Made by a program: the position numbers and the translations under genes. Below are positions 1 to 12,941 of a stretch of DNA of 64,000 nt, one piece after another. Source of the stretch: the human T2T-CHM13v2.0 reference genome, Homo sapiens; NCBI RefSeq assembly GCF_009914755.1, contig NC_060927.1, one strand, 5' to 3'. Positions within the stretch are counted from its first letter, which is position 1. Each line of letters opens with the position of its first letter. The notes under the pieces were generated by a model, which had not been told where the DNA came from, did not search any database, and saw nothing but the letters and a program-made list of their open reading frames with translations.

Positions 1-438
1 GTATTGAAGTCACCAGGTATTATTGTATTGGGGTCTATCTCTCTCTTTAGCTCCAATAATGTGTGTGATATACATCAGAGTGCTCCAGTGTGCATATATA
101 TTTACAGTTATTATAACTTCTTGTGGTATTGGCCTCTTCATCATTATATAATAAACTTATTTGTCTCTTTTTATAGTTTTCATCTTGAAATCTATCTTGT
201 CTGATGTAAGTATAGCTGCTCCTGCTATTTTTTGGTTTCCATTCATATGGGATATCTTTTTCTATCTCTTTATTTTCAGTCTATGTGTGTTTTTACAGGT
301 GAAATGTGTTTCTTGTAGTCAATAGATCATTGGGTCTTATTTTTTAATCCATTCAGACACTCTGTTTCTTTTGATTGGAGAATTTAGTCTATTAACATTC
401 AATGTTATTGCTGATAAATAGGGACTTACTCCGGCCAT
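1..438 (-). pseudogene. Decayed L1 ORF2 endonuclease N-terminus
   Basis: MAGVSPYLSAITLNVNRLNSPIKRNRVSEWIKK matches the L1 EN motif TLNVNGLNSPIKR; stop codon follows. Confidence 0.85.
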
Positions 439-3408
439 TTTGTTATTTGTTTTCTGGCAGTTTTGCGGTCTTCTCTTTCTTCTTTCCTTCCTCTCTGTCT
501 TCTTTTCAGTAAAGGTGATTTTCTCTGATAGCACGTTTTCATTTCTTGCTTTTGACTTTCTGTGTGTCTGTTGTATGATTTTGGTTTGAGGTGACCATAA
601 GAATGCAAATAATATCTTATACCCCATTAATTTAAATGCATGACAAATTAGTAGTGATTGCATAAAGAAACAATCTAACAAACAAGCAAAGAGGAAACTA
701 ATCAAAACTGTATAGTTTAACTTTATTCCATCATTTTTAACTTTTTCTTGTTTCTCTTTACATTTTATTATATTATGTCGTGAAAAGTTGTAGTTATTTT
801 TGATAGGCTCATCTTTTTGTCTTTCCAGTCAAGATATGAATAGTTGACATACCACAATTACAGTGTTACAATATTATATGTTTTTCTGTATACTCACTAT
901 TACCAGCGAGTTTTGCACTTTCGGATGACTTCTTATTGCTCATGAATATCTTTTTTTTTTTTTCAGATTGAAGAACTCCTTTTAACATTCCTTATAGGAC
1001 AGATCTGGTGTTGATGAAATTTCTCTGCTTTCATTTGTCTGGGAAAGTCTTTATTTATCCTCCATATTTGAAGGATATTTACACTGGATATATTATTCTA
1101 GGATGAAAGATTTTTTTCTTCAGCACTTTAAATACATTATGCCACTCTCTTCTGGCCTATAAGGTTTCTACTGAGAAGTCTGCTGCCAGACAAAATGGAG
1201 AACCTCTTTGTATGTTATTTGTTTCTTTTCTCTTGCTGCTTTTAGGACTATTTCTTTGTCCTTGACCTTTGGCCGTCCAATTTGGGTTAACTCCGCTTGG
1301 TGTCTATAATCTTTTAGTACTTTAATATTGCTATCTTTCTCTGGGTTTGGGAAGTTCTCTGTTGTTATACTTTGGATAAACTTTCTAGCCTGATCTCTCT
1401 TTCTCTACCTCCTCTTTAAGGTCAGTAACTCTTAAATTTGTCCTTCTGAGGCTAATTTCTAGATCTTGTAGGTGTGCTTCATTCTTTTTTATTTTTTTTC
1501 TTTTGTCTCCTGTGACTGTGTATTTTCAAGGAGCCTTTCTTCAAGCTCACTAGCACTTTCTTCTGCTTTATTAATTTCACTGTTAAGAGACTCTGATGTA
1601 TTCTTGCATATGACCATTGCATTTTTTTAGCTCTAGAATTTCTGCTGGATTCTTCTTATTTATTTCAATCTGTTTGTTAAATTTATTTGATAGGATTTTG
1701 AATTCCTTGTCTGTGTTATCTTGAATTTCACAGAGCTTCCTCAAAGGAACTATTTTGAATTCTGTCTCTGAAAGTTCACATTTCTCTGTCTTTCCAGGAT
1801 TGGTCCCTGGTGCCTTATTTAGTTTGTTTTGTGAGATCATGTTTTCCTGGATGGCCTTGATGCTGTGGATGTTCATCAGTGTCTAGGCATTGAAGAGTTA
1901 GGTATTTACTGTAGTCTTTGCAGTCTGGGCTTATTTGTACCGGTCCTTCTTGGGAAGGCTTTCCAAGTATTTGAAAGAATGTGGGTGTTGTGATCTAAGT
2001 CTTTGTCACTGCAGCTGTACATCCATTAGGAGGCAGGCTAAGCCCAGTAACACTGTTTCTCTTGTAGACTCAGAGAAGTACCACCTAGGTGGTCTTGGAT
2101 ATGATCCAGGAGAATTTTCTGGATTACCAGGCAAAGACTCTTTTTCTCTTCCCTTAATTTCCCCCAAACAAATGGAATCTCTTTCTCTCTGTTCTGAGCT
2201 GTCTGGAGCTGAGGGAGGGATGATGCAAGCACATCTGTGGTCACCACAGGATTTGCACTGGTTCAGACCTGAAGCTAGCATAGCACTGGGCATCACTCAA
2301 GTCCCATGTTGTCTACCACGTGGTTGCTGCCTATGGTTACTTAAGGCCCACAGAATCTATAATCAGTAGGTGCTGAATCCAGCCAGGCTTTCGTCCTTCC
2401 CTTCAGAGTGGTGAGTCGCTCCTAGCCCCAGCTGGGTCCAGAGATGCCATTCAGAAAGCAGGGCTTAGAAACTCAGTAACCTTTGTAATCTACTTGGTTC
2501 TCTATTCTACTGAGGCTGAACTGGTACCCAAGCTGCAAGACAAAAAGTCCTTCCCATGCTTTCCTCCTTTTCTCTCAAGCAGAGGAGTCCCTCTATGTGG
2601 CTACCACTGACCCAGGCCCACAGTGGGTACTGCCTGGTTATCACCCATGTTCACTCAAGACCCAAGGTTTCTTCATTCAGTTTGTGATGAGTGCTGCCAG
2701 GCCTGGCTCTCTTCTGGCCCAGGGTGGGTCCAGAATTGCCATCTGGGAGCCAAGGCCTGAAACTGGGGACCCCAGGAGCCTGCTTGGTGCTCTAGCCCAC
2801 TGTGGCCAAGCTGGTATCCAAGCTGCAAGACAAAGTCTTCTTTATTCTTCCCTCTCTTTTCCTCAAGCAGAAGGATTATCTCCCCAGGAATTGCAGTCCT
2901 TGTGGCTTAGACTGCCATTAACGTTTATTTAGGACCCCAGAATACTTTAGCCCACTGTGGTGAGGCTTGAGGGGCTCAGGTTCCAGCCTCTAGGGTGGAT
3001 GATTTTTCTCTGGCTAGGGCTGTACTAAATGCTCCCTCTGTGGGCACTGGTACATTTCAACCCTATATTGCTTTCTGCTCTGGCAGGGCATCACCGAGTT
3101 TCAGTGCAAAGTCCCACAATCACTGTGCTCTCCTTCCCCTAAGTGCACAAATTCTATCTAAGCATCACATGGCTGCTACCAAGGGATGGGGGAAGGGTGG
3201 TGAAGGTGATTCAAGTCTGTATTTCCTACCCTCTTTAGTGCTTCTCTCTTTAATATGATGTTAAAGCCAGGTGCTGTGATCACTCACTTAATTTTTGGTT
3301 TGTATAAAGGTGATTTTTGTATGAATAGTTGTTCAGTTTGATGTTTCTCTGGTGGAGCCAGTTGCTTCAGGCTTCTATTTGGTCATTTTGCTCCACCTCT
3401 TCCTCCTC
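1..3408 (-). mobile_element. Old LINE-1 (L1MA/L1M1-M2-like): 5'UTR, decayed ORF1 and start of ORF2; continues past window start
   Basis: Minus strand starts gaggtggagcaaaatgaccaaatagaagcc, like the L1M 5' end; ORF 1583..1876 resembles the ORF1 coiled-coil region; ORF2 N-terminus visible at 438. Confidence 0.9.
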
Positions 3409-3759
3409 ATATCTTGCTTTTTAAAATTTAACATTATAAATCAATATTTTCTAAGCAATTAAACATCTTTTCAAACATTTGTGTAAATGGCAGCATGTAT
3501 TTCATTGTGGAAATGTGTCATACTTATGGCTGGTCTTTGAATCACAATACCAAAACTTACTTGAATAAATGGAAGTTGACTCTGATTTAATCACCTGCAG
3601 TGATTGCATTCTTATTCCAATGACACTGTCATTCCTTAGATTATTTTTGAAATAATGTTTTTGTAAATGTCTTCAAAATAACTCAGAAAATTGGTGTCAT
3701 TTTCTGTGTACAACTTTTTAAACCAAAATAAAATTTTGCTTACCTTGTCCTTTCCAATT

Positions 3760-4020
3760 AGCTGAGTGACTTTTGCCTATTTCTAATAACCAAATCAATC
3801 TTTAAGCAAAATCTATGAAATCTTTTGATGGCATTCAAAAGAATGTTTCATAGGCTTTTTATAGCAATTTCCAAAAAAGATGTTTGAAAATATTTTATGA
3901 GATGGCTGTGTATTAGGATGTACTATATATATTTTTACTGAATGAGTACTTAGGGGTGAAAAAAAAATTTGTATAAGCTAGTTTCATTGTGTTTGCTAAA
4001 CATGTTATTTTATGTTATAG
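3760..4020 (+). mobile_element. Ancient mariner-like (MARNA-like) DNA transposon fragment
   Basis: gacttttgcctatttc...aaatcaatc...attcaaaagaatg...gcaatttccaaaaaagatgttt resembles the mariner transposase C-terminal region of MARNA. Confidence 0.55.
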
Positions 4021-5190
4021 TTATCCCCTCATCTTGAAATATCCTCAAGAACTGGTCATGCCCTATGAGTTTCCTAGTATCTCTAGCTGCTTTGTCCCTC
4101 TAGTGTGCCCTTGAGTTTCAAGGTATCAGACTTGAACACTGTTGTTACAATACCACCCAAAAAGATATCTCTGCCCTGATGTTAGTAGGATGCTTCTTTA
4201 AGATCTTGAGGCAGAAGAGAATCTGGTCTTGGTCAGGAAAAGGAAAACCAAAACCAAAAAAAAAAAAAAAACTGTCTAAGGCCTTTCTTGTAAAACTTGT
4301 GCCATTTGATGTGTCATTTATTTATTAAAAGTCATATGCTGGGCATCCAATTTCTGCTGTCATAGGATGTGGGGAAGTACTGTGAGGTGATCTTTAGTAA
4401 GTTAAGTAAGAGTTTTCATGGAATGACAAAAAGAGCAGAGGGTTGTAGTCAGGAGACCTAAATGCTAATAAACATTACTTTCATTTCTGACATAGACAAT
4501 TCTTTTTTTTTTTTTTTTTTGCTTCCATTTCTTTTTTTGTAAATGGTGAGAATGGGTATAATTTTTATTAGATGATCTTCAGATCACCATTAAGATGTAT
4601 GGATCCTTGGCTCTAAAAATATAATTAGGGACACAGTGGAATATCAGGGTCATTTTAGTTATGATGATATTTGATCTACTGCGCAGCAAAGAATCGGCAG
4701 TGCTTTAAAAGGCAGATGATTAAAAAAATGAGTTCTAGTTGTATGAATGTGATAGACTTTCAAGAAACTACCATATTCTTGACTCGGGCCTTTGAAGTGT
4801 CAGATGGAATTTTAAGTATTTTTGAAATGTTCTTCTTCCTATGAATAGAGAGTTTGAAAATGTAGGGATTGCCTCTACCTAGTTCTCTCTATCAACTAAG
4901 GCAATGTGCAAAATTTTAGTCTGGGTTGGTGAGGGTGGTGATAGGACAGACTTGTAATCTCTCCATGGGGCTCTCCAAAAGGTTTGTTACATGTTAAATA
5001 CTTAGGGTGGGGTTAGAATGCACTGGGAGGAGAGAGTGGAGGAGGGAAATTGTAGTAGTTGCACAGAATAAACAAGAGGGCAAAAGTCTCAGAAGGTGTT
5101 TAAGAAGCACTTAACAACAATAAAGGAATTTTGACAACTTTGTTCTAATCTCCAGTTGCCTGGAGATACAAGGATGTGGAGATACAAGCA

Positions 5191-5721
5191 TGTATTGGTC
5201 AGGATTCTCTAAAGGGACGGAACTAATAGGATATATGTATATATGAAGGGGAGTATATTAGGAAAATTGATTCACACAATCACAAGGTGAGGCACCACAA
5301 TAGGCCACCTGCAAACCGAGGAGCAAGGAAGCCAGTCCAAATCCCCGAATCTCAAAAGTAAGGAAGCCAGCAGTATAGCCTATAGTCTGTGGCTGAAGAA
5401 ATCACTGGTGTAAGTCCAAGAGTCCAAAAGCTGAAGAACTTGGAATCTGATGTTTGAGGGCAAGAAGCCTCCAGCATGGGAGAAAGATGAAGACTGGAAG
5501 ACTCAGCAAGTCTCCTCATTCCGCTTTCTTCTGCCTGCTTTATTCTAGCCACATTGAGCAGCTGATTAGATGGTGCCCACACAGACTGAGAGTGGGTCTG
5601 TTTCTCCCAGTCCACTGGCTCAAATGTTAATCTCCTTTGGCAACATCCTCACAGACACACCCGGGAACAATACTTTGCATCCTCAATCCAACCAAGTTGA
5701 CACTGAATGTTAACCATCACA
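5191..5721 (-). mobile_element. MLT2-family (ERVL) solo LTR
   Basis: tgtattggtcaggattctct...aagttgacactgaatgttaaccatcaca; TG..CA ends; flanks aagca/aaaca (near 5-bp TSD). Confidence 0.9.
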
Positions 5722-6839
5722 AAACAAAATGGCCATCACGTGGTTTAAGAATATTTTGAGATAGGACATAAAAAGCAGGAAACAGGGTTCTAGAATGTGG
5801 GGCCAACAAGAATAATGATAGAAAACAGTCTTACATCTAACTTCTGAGTACTGGGCAGAATTTCCTCAGCTAGCAGAGACTCTCCGTTCACTAGATTTGA
5901 AAAGAAAGAGGACTGATTGGCCTCTGTATCGGGGGTTTCTCATGCATTATCCAAATACCAGAGGGTCAAGTTGGCTGCCCACTTCTCCCCCAGAGCAGTG
6001 ACAGACTATCATCATGTAATTCCATGAGCAATGGGGTAGGCCTCACTGCTCAGCAGCCTGGAGTGGTCCCAGGCAGGGGTATGGCAGCCAGCAGAGTTTG
6101 GGATAAGTACTGAAACCACATTTTTTCAACTTGACTTTTGGGAAGTTGGTTATGTAAGGGGGTCAATGAGGGAACATGGAAGGAGTAGAAGCTGCAAGCT
6201 ACTTTCACCATCTTCTATTAAACATTTCAAATAGGGCAGATTTCCCTTCCTGTCTGTCTATGCCTTAGAGATTCAGTTGCTGTGTGTGCAGGATGAAAGC
6301 CGCAGGGTTTTTGCATTAATAAGCCCTTTTAAAAATGTCAGCCAAGAAGTGCTAAAGACCTTTTCAACAGCCACTTTTCAATCTTGTTATTTTAATACTT
6401 GCCTCTACCCTAGGCTTCATAAAAATGTAAAAGGTAATGAAGTGTTTCACATGCTGTTTTCTGTCTTTTTATTCTAATTTAAATCTATCATTTAGTGCAT
6501 GCTTTAAAAATGATGTTTACTTGAGTTGGAGTCCTATTCCATGCAGCCCAGATCAGCTTTCTGGGCTTGTGTTTTAGAAATATCACGTATTTTATTGTAC
6601 ACAATCAGCACAGTGGGATGACAAATATATTTTAAAATCTTTAGACTACAATTTTAATGTGGCAATCTGTGGTTTTCTGTAATGTACACTATTTGAGTCA
6701 ACTTGGGTCTGCTGTCATCTAGTAAATCAGACACAGAATGGCATTTTCAGCCTCCTGAGTCAGTCTTTTGCTTCAGACTTGAAGCTATGACTTCCTTCTC
6801 CCTTGGCTTTATGTTTTTAGGTATAAAATGATGGGAAGA

Positions 6840-7130
6840 GGTCAGACATGGTGGCTCATGCCTGTAATCCCAGTGCTTTGGGAGGCTGAGGCAGGAGGAT
6901 TGCTTGAAGCTAGGAATTCAAGACCAGCTTGGACAACATAGTGAGACCCCACTCTATAAAAAAGTTTAAAAATTAGCTGGGCATGGTGGTGCATGCCCAT
7001 AGTCCCAGCTACACAGGAGGCTGAGGAGGGAAGATCGCTTGAGCCCAGCAGTTCGAAGTTACAGGGAGCTATGATCACATGACTGTACTCCAGCCTGTGA
7101 CAAAGTGAAACCCTACCTCTCTGAAAAAAG
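6840..7130 (+). mobile_element. AluJ-type SINE
   Basis: Dimeric Alu with J-type diagnostics (ggaggattgcttga, agctatgatc). Confidence 0.92.
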
Positions 7131-7243
7131 AAGAAGAAGAGGAAGAGGAGGAAGAGGAGGAAGAAGAAGGAGAAAGAGAAGAAGAGAAGGAGGAGGAGGA
7201 GAATGAGAAGGAGGAGGAGGAAGTGTAGGAGGAGAAAGGAAGA
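7124..7243 (+). repeat. GAA/GGA polypurine tract grown from the Alu tail
   Basis: aagaagaagaggaagaggaggaagaggagg... ~120 nt of almost pure purines. Confidence 0.95.
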
Positions 7244-7309
7244 CATTTCTATGTTATGTTTGGGGCAGGTACAGAAGTATTTTATTAATGTTAAAAAGAT
7301 CTCTAAATG

Positions 7310-8100
7310 ATAATACTAATTTATTGAGCATATTCTACATTTCTAATAGCTACATGTGGAAAGGAGATAAAATTCTTGCCCTTGAGCATTTCTCAATCTG
7401 AGACAGATAGATGGGTACATAAACTGATAAAAGCAATACAACGTGATACAGGCAAGTATGAGACTAAGAAATCTGAACTGCAAATTGCAGTAAGAAGAGG
7501 CAATGGATTCTACCTAGCCACTTTGGGAGAAGAGAGAGGAGATAGTAGTTGTGAGTTTGAAAGATGAATAAAGGGCGAGGCTAGGACACTCCAGACAAAA
7601 GGAAAGAGCATCTGCATGGAAACCGTTAGGAAAAGCACAGTGCATCTAGGTAATAGGAGAAATTGAGTATGGATACAGAATCAGTGCAGGGTAGGGGCAA
7701 TGGGAGAGCCAGGGAGGTAAAACTGGAAATGAGGAAATACACAGGGATGGACTTGAGCTGCTGTAAATTACCCTTTGGTCATTTAGACTTACCCTTTAGT
7801 CGTCTGAAGCCAGCACAGAACTTAAATCAGGGAAGAAATGCAAGAATATTTACGTTTTAAGGGGACCCATTCTGGTGTCAGTGTGGATGAATGATAAGGG
7901 AGGGCATCAAAGTGATTATAGCAATTTAGGTGAAAAATGGTGAAGGCACGAATTAAAGTAATGTTAGTGAAGATGGAGAGGAGGGGCTGAATCCTGGAAA
8001 TATTTCTAAAATAGAATTAATAGTATTTGGTGACTTTCATAGGTAGATGATAAGAATAAGAGCTGACTTTAGAAAAAAAATTGTGAAAATGGGTAAAATT
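7310..8100 (-). mobile_element. L2 LINE relic
   Basis: tttattgagcat... 3' end signature followed by purine-rich L2-like body. Confidence 0.6.
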
Positions 8101-8289
8101 TGTGTTCAATACTCTGGAATTCACTTTCTGGGCTTTGCCCTCTCTCCACAGCATATTAAATCAAAGTCTGTTCTAGACCTTTAACTCAGGCTTATGTGAA
8201 TTTTAATCATTACAGATTATAGCCTACACTATTACTCCTGAATGGTAGGATTTATTTTTTACTTTTACTATTGATTACATATCTAATTT

Positions 8290-8790
8290 TATTATTTATT
8301 CTATGTTTATATTATTTATATTTTATATTTGCATAAACTATTACATAAATATATCTTTTTTGTTTATTGATTTTATATTTTACTATAAATGAAAAAATGC
8401 ATCCACAATGATGTTCAAAAGAGTGATTTCTATGTGGTGAAATTATTTTTAAAAAGTCTAAGTATCCTAATAATAAATAATTTGTTAAATCAACAGTTAT
8501 ATGTCCAAAGATGGTATCTAAAACAGCCATTAAAAATATTTGGTAACACATTTGTCAACTTAGAAAGTTGTTCAAAAATATATTAAAAAAACAGTTTGCA
8601 AATGGTATGATAGCATAACCCCATTTTATAAAAGTATATATTTTTAAATGTATTCCTAGGCAAAAGAAAAAGACAATGAATATTCCTCCATGTGCGGACA
8701 GTGGTTGTGTTTGTATGGGAAGTGAGATTATAAGTGAGTTTTATTTTTTGTTGTTGTATGATCTTGTGAGTTCCAAATTTTCAGTAACGA
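8290..8790. mobile_element. Old L1M(E)-like 3' fragments
   Basis: AT-rich degenerate L1 3'UTR-like sequence (ataaccccattttataaaa...cagtggttg...gagattataagtgagtttt). Confidence 0.4.
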
Positions 8791-9446
8791 ATATATTAGG
8801 GTGTGAAATTGGAAGTTTGTGTGGAAGAGCTAAGGTATAAGGGGTATGATATTTCACAGTCAGGCTCTGGGACTAAGTTGCAAAATGTCAAAGGTAACTT
8901 CAGTAACACAAGTTTCACAACTTCTGAACCCCTCCTTCACATTGAGCGTGTAAAGTTTCAGGTTGTTGAAGGTAGGTAGAGTAGGACTGTGGATAGAATT
9001 TCTTTCAAAAGTGTTATTATATGAGTCTTGGCTCTACCAAGGAGGAGAGGAGGGAAAGATGTGTCTCTTTCTCCTTTATCTTGAAAGGGGGGCAGCGTTC
9101 AAGAGGATGACTAGAAGATTTTGATACATATTCCCTGAAGTTGAAGGACATGTGGACTTGTGTTTGACTGTCATGTGAAAAATCAAGAGACAGACAAACA
9201 GTATAGATGCTGATGGATGAGCTGAAGTGAAAGTAGCTGCTTTAGGATCAGCCTACACTCCAACAGCATGTGAAGGTAAGGGGTGGATATTTATTTCCTG
9301 TGGTCCGCAGTGGGCCACACTCAAAAGAGAGCCTGTGTGGGCTTCTATAAGGCCCTGTTCAATAGTTAACTGAAAAGACAGGTGACCATATTTCTAAATT
9401 CCTAGGGACTGCACAAGGAGTAAGTGATATAATTTGTAATGATAAA

Positions 9447-10365
9447 TGTAAACTAAATATAATATCCTAAGCCTGCTCCCCTCCCTAACTGAATGAACCC
9501 CCTTGTGGCCAAGGGGGTCCCAGGAAAATCTTAAAACTGAGTTCCCCGCCTTGACAAAACGGGAAGTCAGACACACCTTATTATACTCCTCTCCCTTTTA
9601 TGGCTTAGACACAACAACTAACCAGCATTAATGTAGAATGGAGATCATAAGACTGACAGAACAGACTCTTTGTGGCCGTAAGATACCAGATTATAAATAA
9701 GATCAAAGGTCATGCCAGGAAAGGGTTAAGTCATTTACCTTTACACTTACAGAATAAACTACGCTCTAACTGCCACAAGGTTTTCCTTTTTCACTAGCAG
9801 CTAAACAAGTACTGGCGTTGGATAAACAATATTAAGACAATTACAACTCATCCAGTTCACAGGCCCTGACTAACTGACTCCCTCTTTCCACCAGCCGTAA
9901 TGACAGTTTTGATTGGACAAGAGACTGATTTCAGTAACTTTCTCCCGATAAGAAGACCATGGACCATGGATTGGTTCTAGCTGGATTGTAGAAGCTGCAA
10001 ACTTGCATGCCTTCATGTCCTGAAAAGACTTTTTGACACCTAGAGCCTAATTATAATACATTTAAATGCTCAGTCTCCATTCCAAAATAAACGTGAGTCC
10101 TATGTTATATGCATGTTCACTCAATATGCACATGTCAAGGACCACCTTCATGAATATCCATAGCTCCTCCTGTAACATGTTTAATATGTATGTTTTGCTA
10201 ACCCTTTCAGCATAAAGCTTCCATCCCAGCCCCTCCTCCTTCAAAGAGCCTGTCTCTGGTCTTTGCCTGAGGCTGCTCTTCTTAGCCTGTGGGATAGCTA
10301 CCTCCCTTTATAAAAAATAAAGTTTCCTTTTCTAAATTTATAAATAGTGTTTTTGTAAGTTAACA
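9447..10365 (+). mobile_element. MER4-group (MER4D-like) ERV1 solo LTR
   Basis: tgtaaactaaa...cctaagcc...ggccaagggg...aaaactgagttcc start; AATAAA near 10316; ends aagttaaca. Confidence 0.85.
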
Positions 10366-11238
10366 TTAATACCCATTTTATGGGAACTATACGTTAGAAA
10401 TCCCCAAGAGTAGTGACGGAGGAGCTGCTGTATAATTGTGTTAGCTAAGTTTTTATTTAGTGTCTTCTCTCAAATACACATTATTTTGGTAACTCTTAAG
10501 TCAAGAGTTTTCTTTTAAAGGTTGTCCTGCTGATTATCACTCTAATATCTTACTGTCAACTTACCAGTGGCAAGAATAAACTATGGCCTATGTCTTGAGT
10601 GGCTTTCCCAAAAACCACACAGTATTTAACAAAGTACCTTCCTGTGCTAACAATAATTGAGAAACACTGACACCGATTCCATTTATAAACAAGGTGACTT
10701 CACCTCTGTCCAGTTAAGGTTTTTCTCCCACTTTCCTTTAAAAAACATAGGATATGTTTCTTCCAAAAGAGTAACATGTACCTCTCCAGGAGTTGACAGA
10801 ACACACTACTGGTCTTTGATTCACTTTTAGGAGGCATTGGTAAACACTATAAATTAAGTACTCATCTACAAAATGCACAAACAAATTCAACAATCACCAT
10901 GTGTTACAATCACTTTTAAAAAACTTGAGTAAGAACTTACGTAAGGCAGAGGCTGAAGAATACTTTAAATTATTTGAAAATATTAACAGAAACACTTATA
11001 AATTGAAAAGCATTCTAGGGGCAGGATGGATGTAAAGCATGAGAGAGAAAGAGAGAGAGAGCAGAGGGAAGTTTTCTATCATCCATTCTAAAGTTTGAAC
11101 TATCAAGTTAATCGAATCTGTTACATCCACTAAGCTTTGCCTTTGCTTCTACTGAGTTTTATACTAAGAAAAAATGTTTAGCTGGAAGAAGATTTTGGAT
11201 TAGCAAAGGATAAGAAAACCAAAATAGAAAATAAAATA

Positions 11239-11509
11239 GGCTGGGCATGGTGGCTCACACCTGTAATCCTAGCACTTTGGGAAGCCAAGGCGGGAGGATC
11301 ACAAGGTCAAGAGATCGAGACCATCCTGGCTAACACGGTGAAACCCTGTCTCTACTAGAAATACAAAAAAAAAAAAAAAAATTAGCCAGGCGTGGTGGCG
11401 GGCACCTGTAGTCCCAGCTACTAGGGAGGCTGAGGCAGGAGAAAGGCGTGAAACCAGGAGGCAGAGCTTGCAGCCTGGGCGACAGAGCAAGATTCCATCT
11501 CAAAAAAGC

Positions 11510-11540
<31 letters not shown>

Positions 11541-11545
11541 ACAAC
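11239..11545 (+). mobile_element. AluY/Sc-like with ~29 bp deletion in the right arm
   Basis: gagatcgagaccatcctggctaacacgg; gagcttgcag joined directly to cctgggcgac; (CAAAA)n tail. Confidence 0.93.
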
Positions 11546-12299
11546 CCAAAAGGTTAGGAGTTAATAAGCCTTCTCTTGATGTTGACAATGTTACCACAAT
11601 AAGACACCACTACTGATAGAATAAAAACAGCAAGACAGGGGGGGATGCATTTCTCCTAAACAGGCTGACACATGGAAACCTATCAATTACATGTGTAGGA
11701 TCCATGACATTGATCAGGTAGAGTCTGTCTCTCTGAATGCTCAAACTTTCACTTTGAGGATGAATCCTTTTCTGCTGTGGGTACACCACACTCCAGGTGG
11801 TACACTCCACTGTGAGATTTGCCAAAGGGTGACCAGTTATAATAACTTTAAAGTTTCAATGCTTAATTTTGAGTAAATGGTTTACACTTTGATTCCTGAA
11901 TCACTGTTCTCAGTTCACTCAAAAGGAGGCACGCAAATCATTACTGCTACTCCTGAGTATGTGTTTTTTAAGTGGGACAGGGTGGGCACTTCAGCAAGTG
12001 TCATAGAGGAGAAAACAAATACCTCAGTTAATTGCTTCTGTTTGACTTTCTCTTCAATCCACACATCAGACAAGACCAGACAAACAACTACGCTTGCTTT
12101 TTATATATAGTCCTGCCAATGAGGAGCTGTGTAGATAATGTGTTAAATGGAGAAAATAGAAAAAGAATAAGATAAAAACCTAGTGGATCAGAGGAATCCA
12201 TGTAGAAGACACAGGACTGGATTCCATGGTGTAAGACCTTTGTGCATTTACAGCTCCTGGGAGGAATGCTCTCTCTCCTTCCTAGGCCAAATGACTGTG

Positions 12300-12582
12300 G
12301 GAAGCACTGTAGGACAGACAGTGGGAAGGTGGACTCTGGAGCCAGATTCCTGTATTTCACTTCCTTTACTGATGATGTGATGGTGTGCCTTTGGGCAATC
12401 CCAATCACCCTTTACCCTACATCCAACATCAGTAGAATTTGGATAATAGTTGTGCCAACATTATAAGGTTGTTATGAGATTAAATATTATATATATGTGA
12501 GTGTACATACACACCCACACACATAAAGCACTTAGCACACTTAGCACATAGTAAGAGCTCAATAACCATTACTTCTTATTAT
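12300..12582 (+). mobile_element. MIR
   Basis: ggactctggagccaga...aggttgttatgagattaaat...taaagcacttagcaca...ctcaataa. Confidence 0.75.
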
Positions 12583-12604
12583 AGAAAAAAGAAAGGAGAC
12601 CAAC

Positions 12605-12770
12605 TCTTATTGAATACCTACTATACGCCAGGAATTGCACTAAGGACTTTCACATCTCCTCATTTCCTCCCACAAAAACTCTATAAGGTAACTAGTTAGA
12701 ATACTTAAATGGCCTACCCAAAAAACAAGCAGCTAATCTGTGGAAGAGCCTAGGTTTAAAATCAGACCTT
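12605..12770 (-). mobile_element. MIR fragment
   Basis: ttattgaatacctactatacgccagg...actaaggactttcacat. Confidence 0.55.
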
Positions 12771-12941
12771 TATTTCATGATAGGATACTTCATGTCCTGT
12801 GATTCAGGGTTTGATACACAGGAAGAAAATGAATAATACATAATTATTTTAGAAGTCAATCTCTCTGGGAGCTAATGAGCTGCCAGGGTTCTTCTTCTAT
12901 TTGAGATGATCTAAGTATAGGTGGTTGGAACTCTGCCCACC

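Noticed and set aside
1935-3258. Several 90-144 aa ORFs
   Set aside because: They lie in the L1 5'UTR, mostly use non-ATG starts and resemble no known protein
5683-5695. DUX4 site in the MLT2 LTR
   Set aside because: Reads caatccaacca, so the AATCA half-site is mutated
6842-7246. 134-aa hydrophobic ORF
   Set aside because: Translation of an antisense Alu plus the purine repeat
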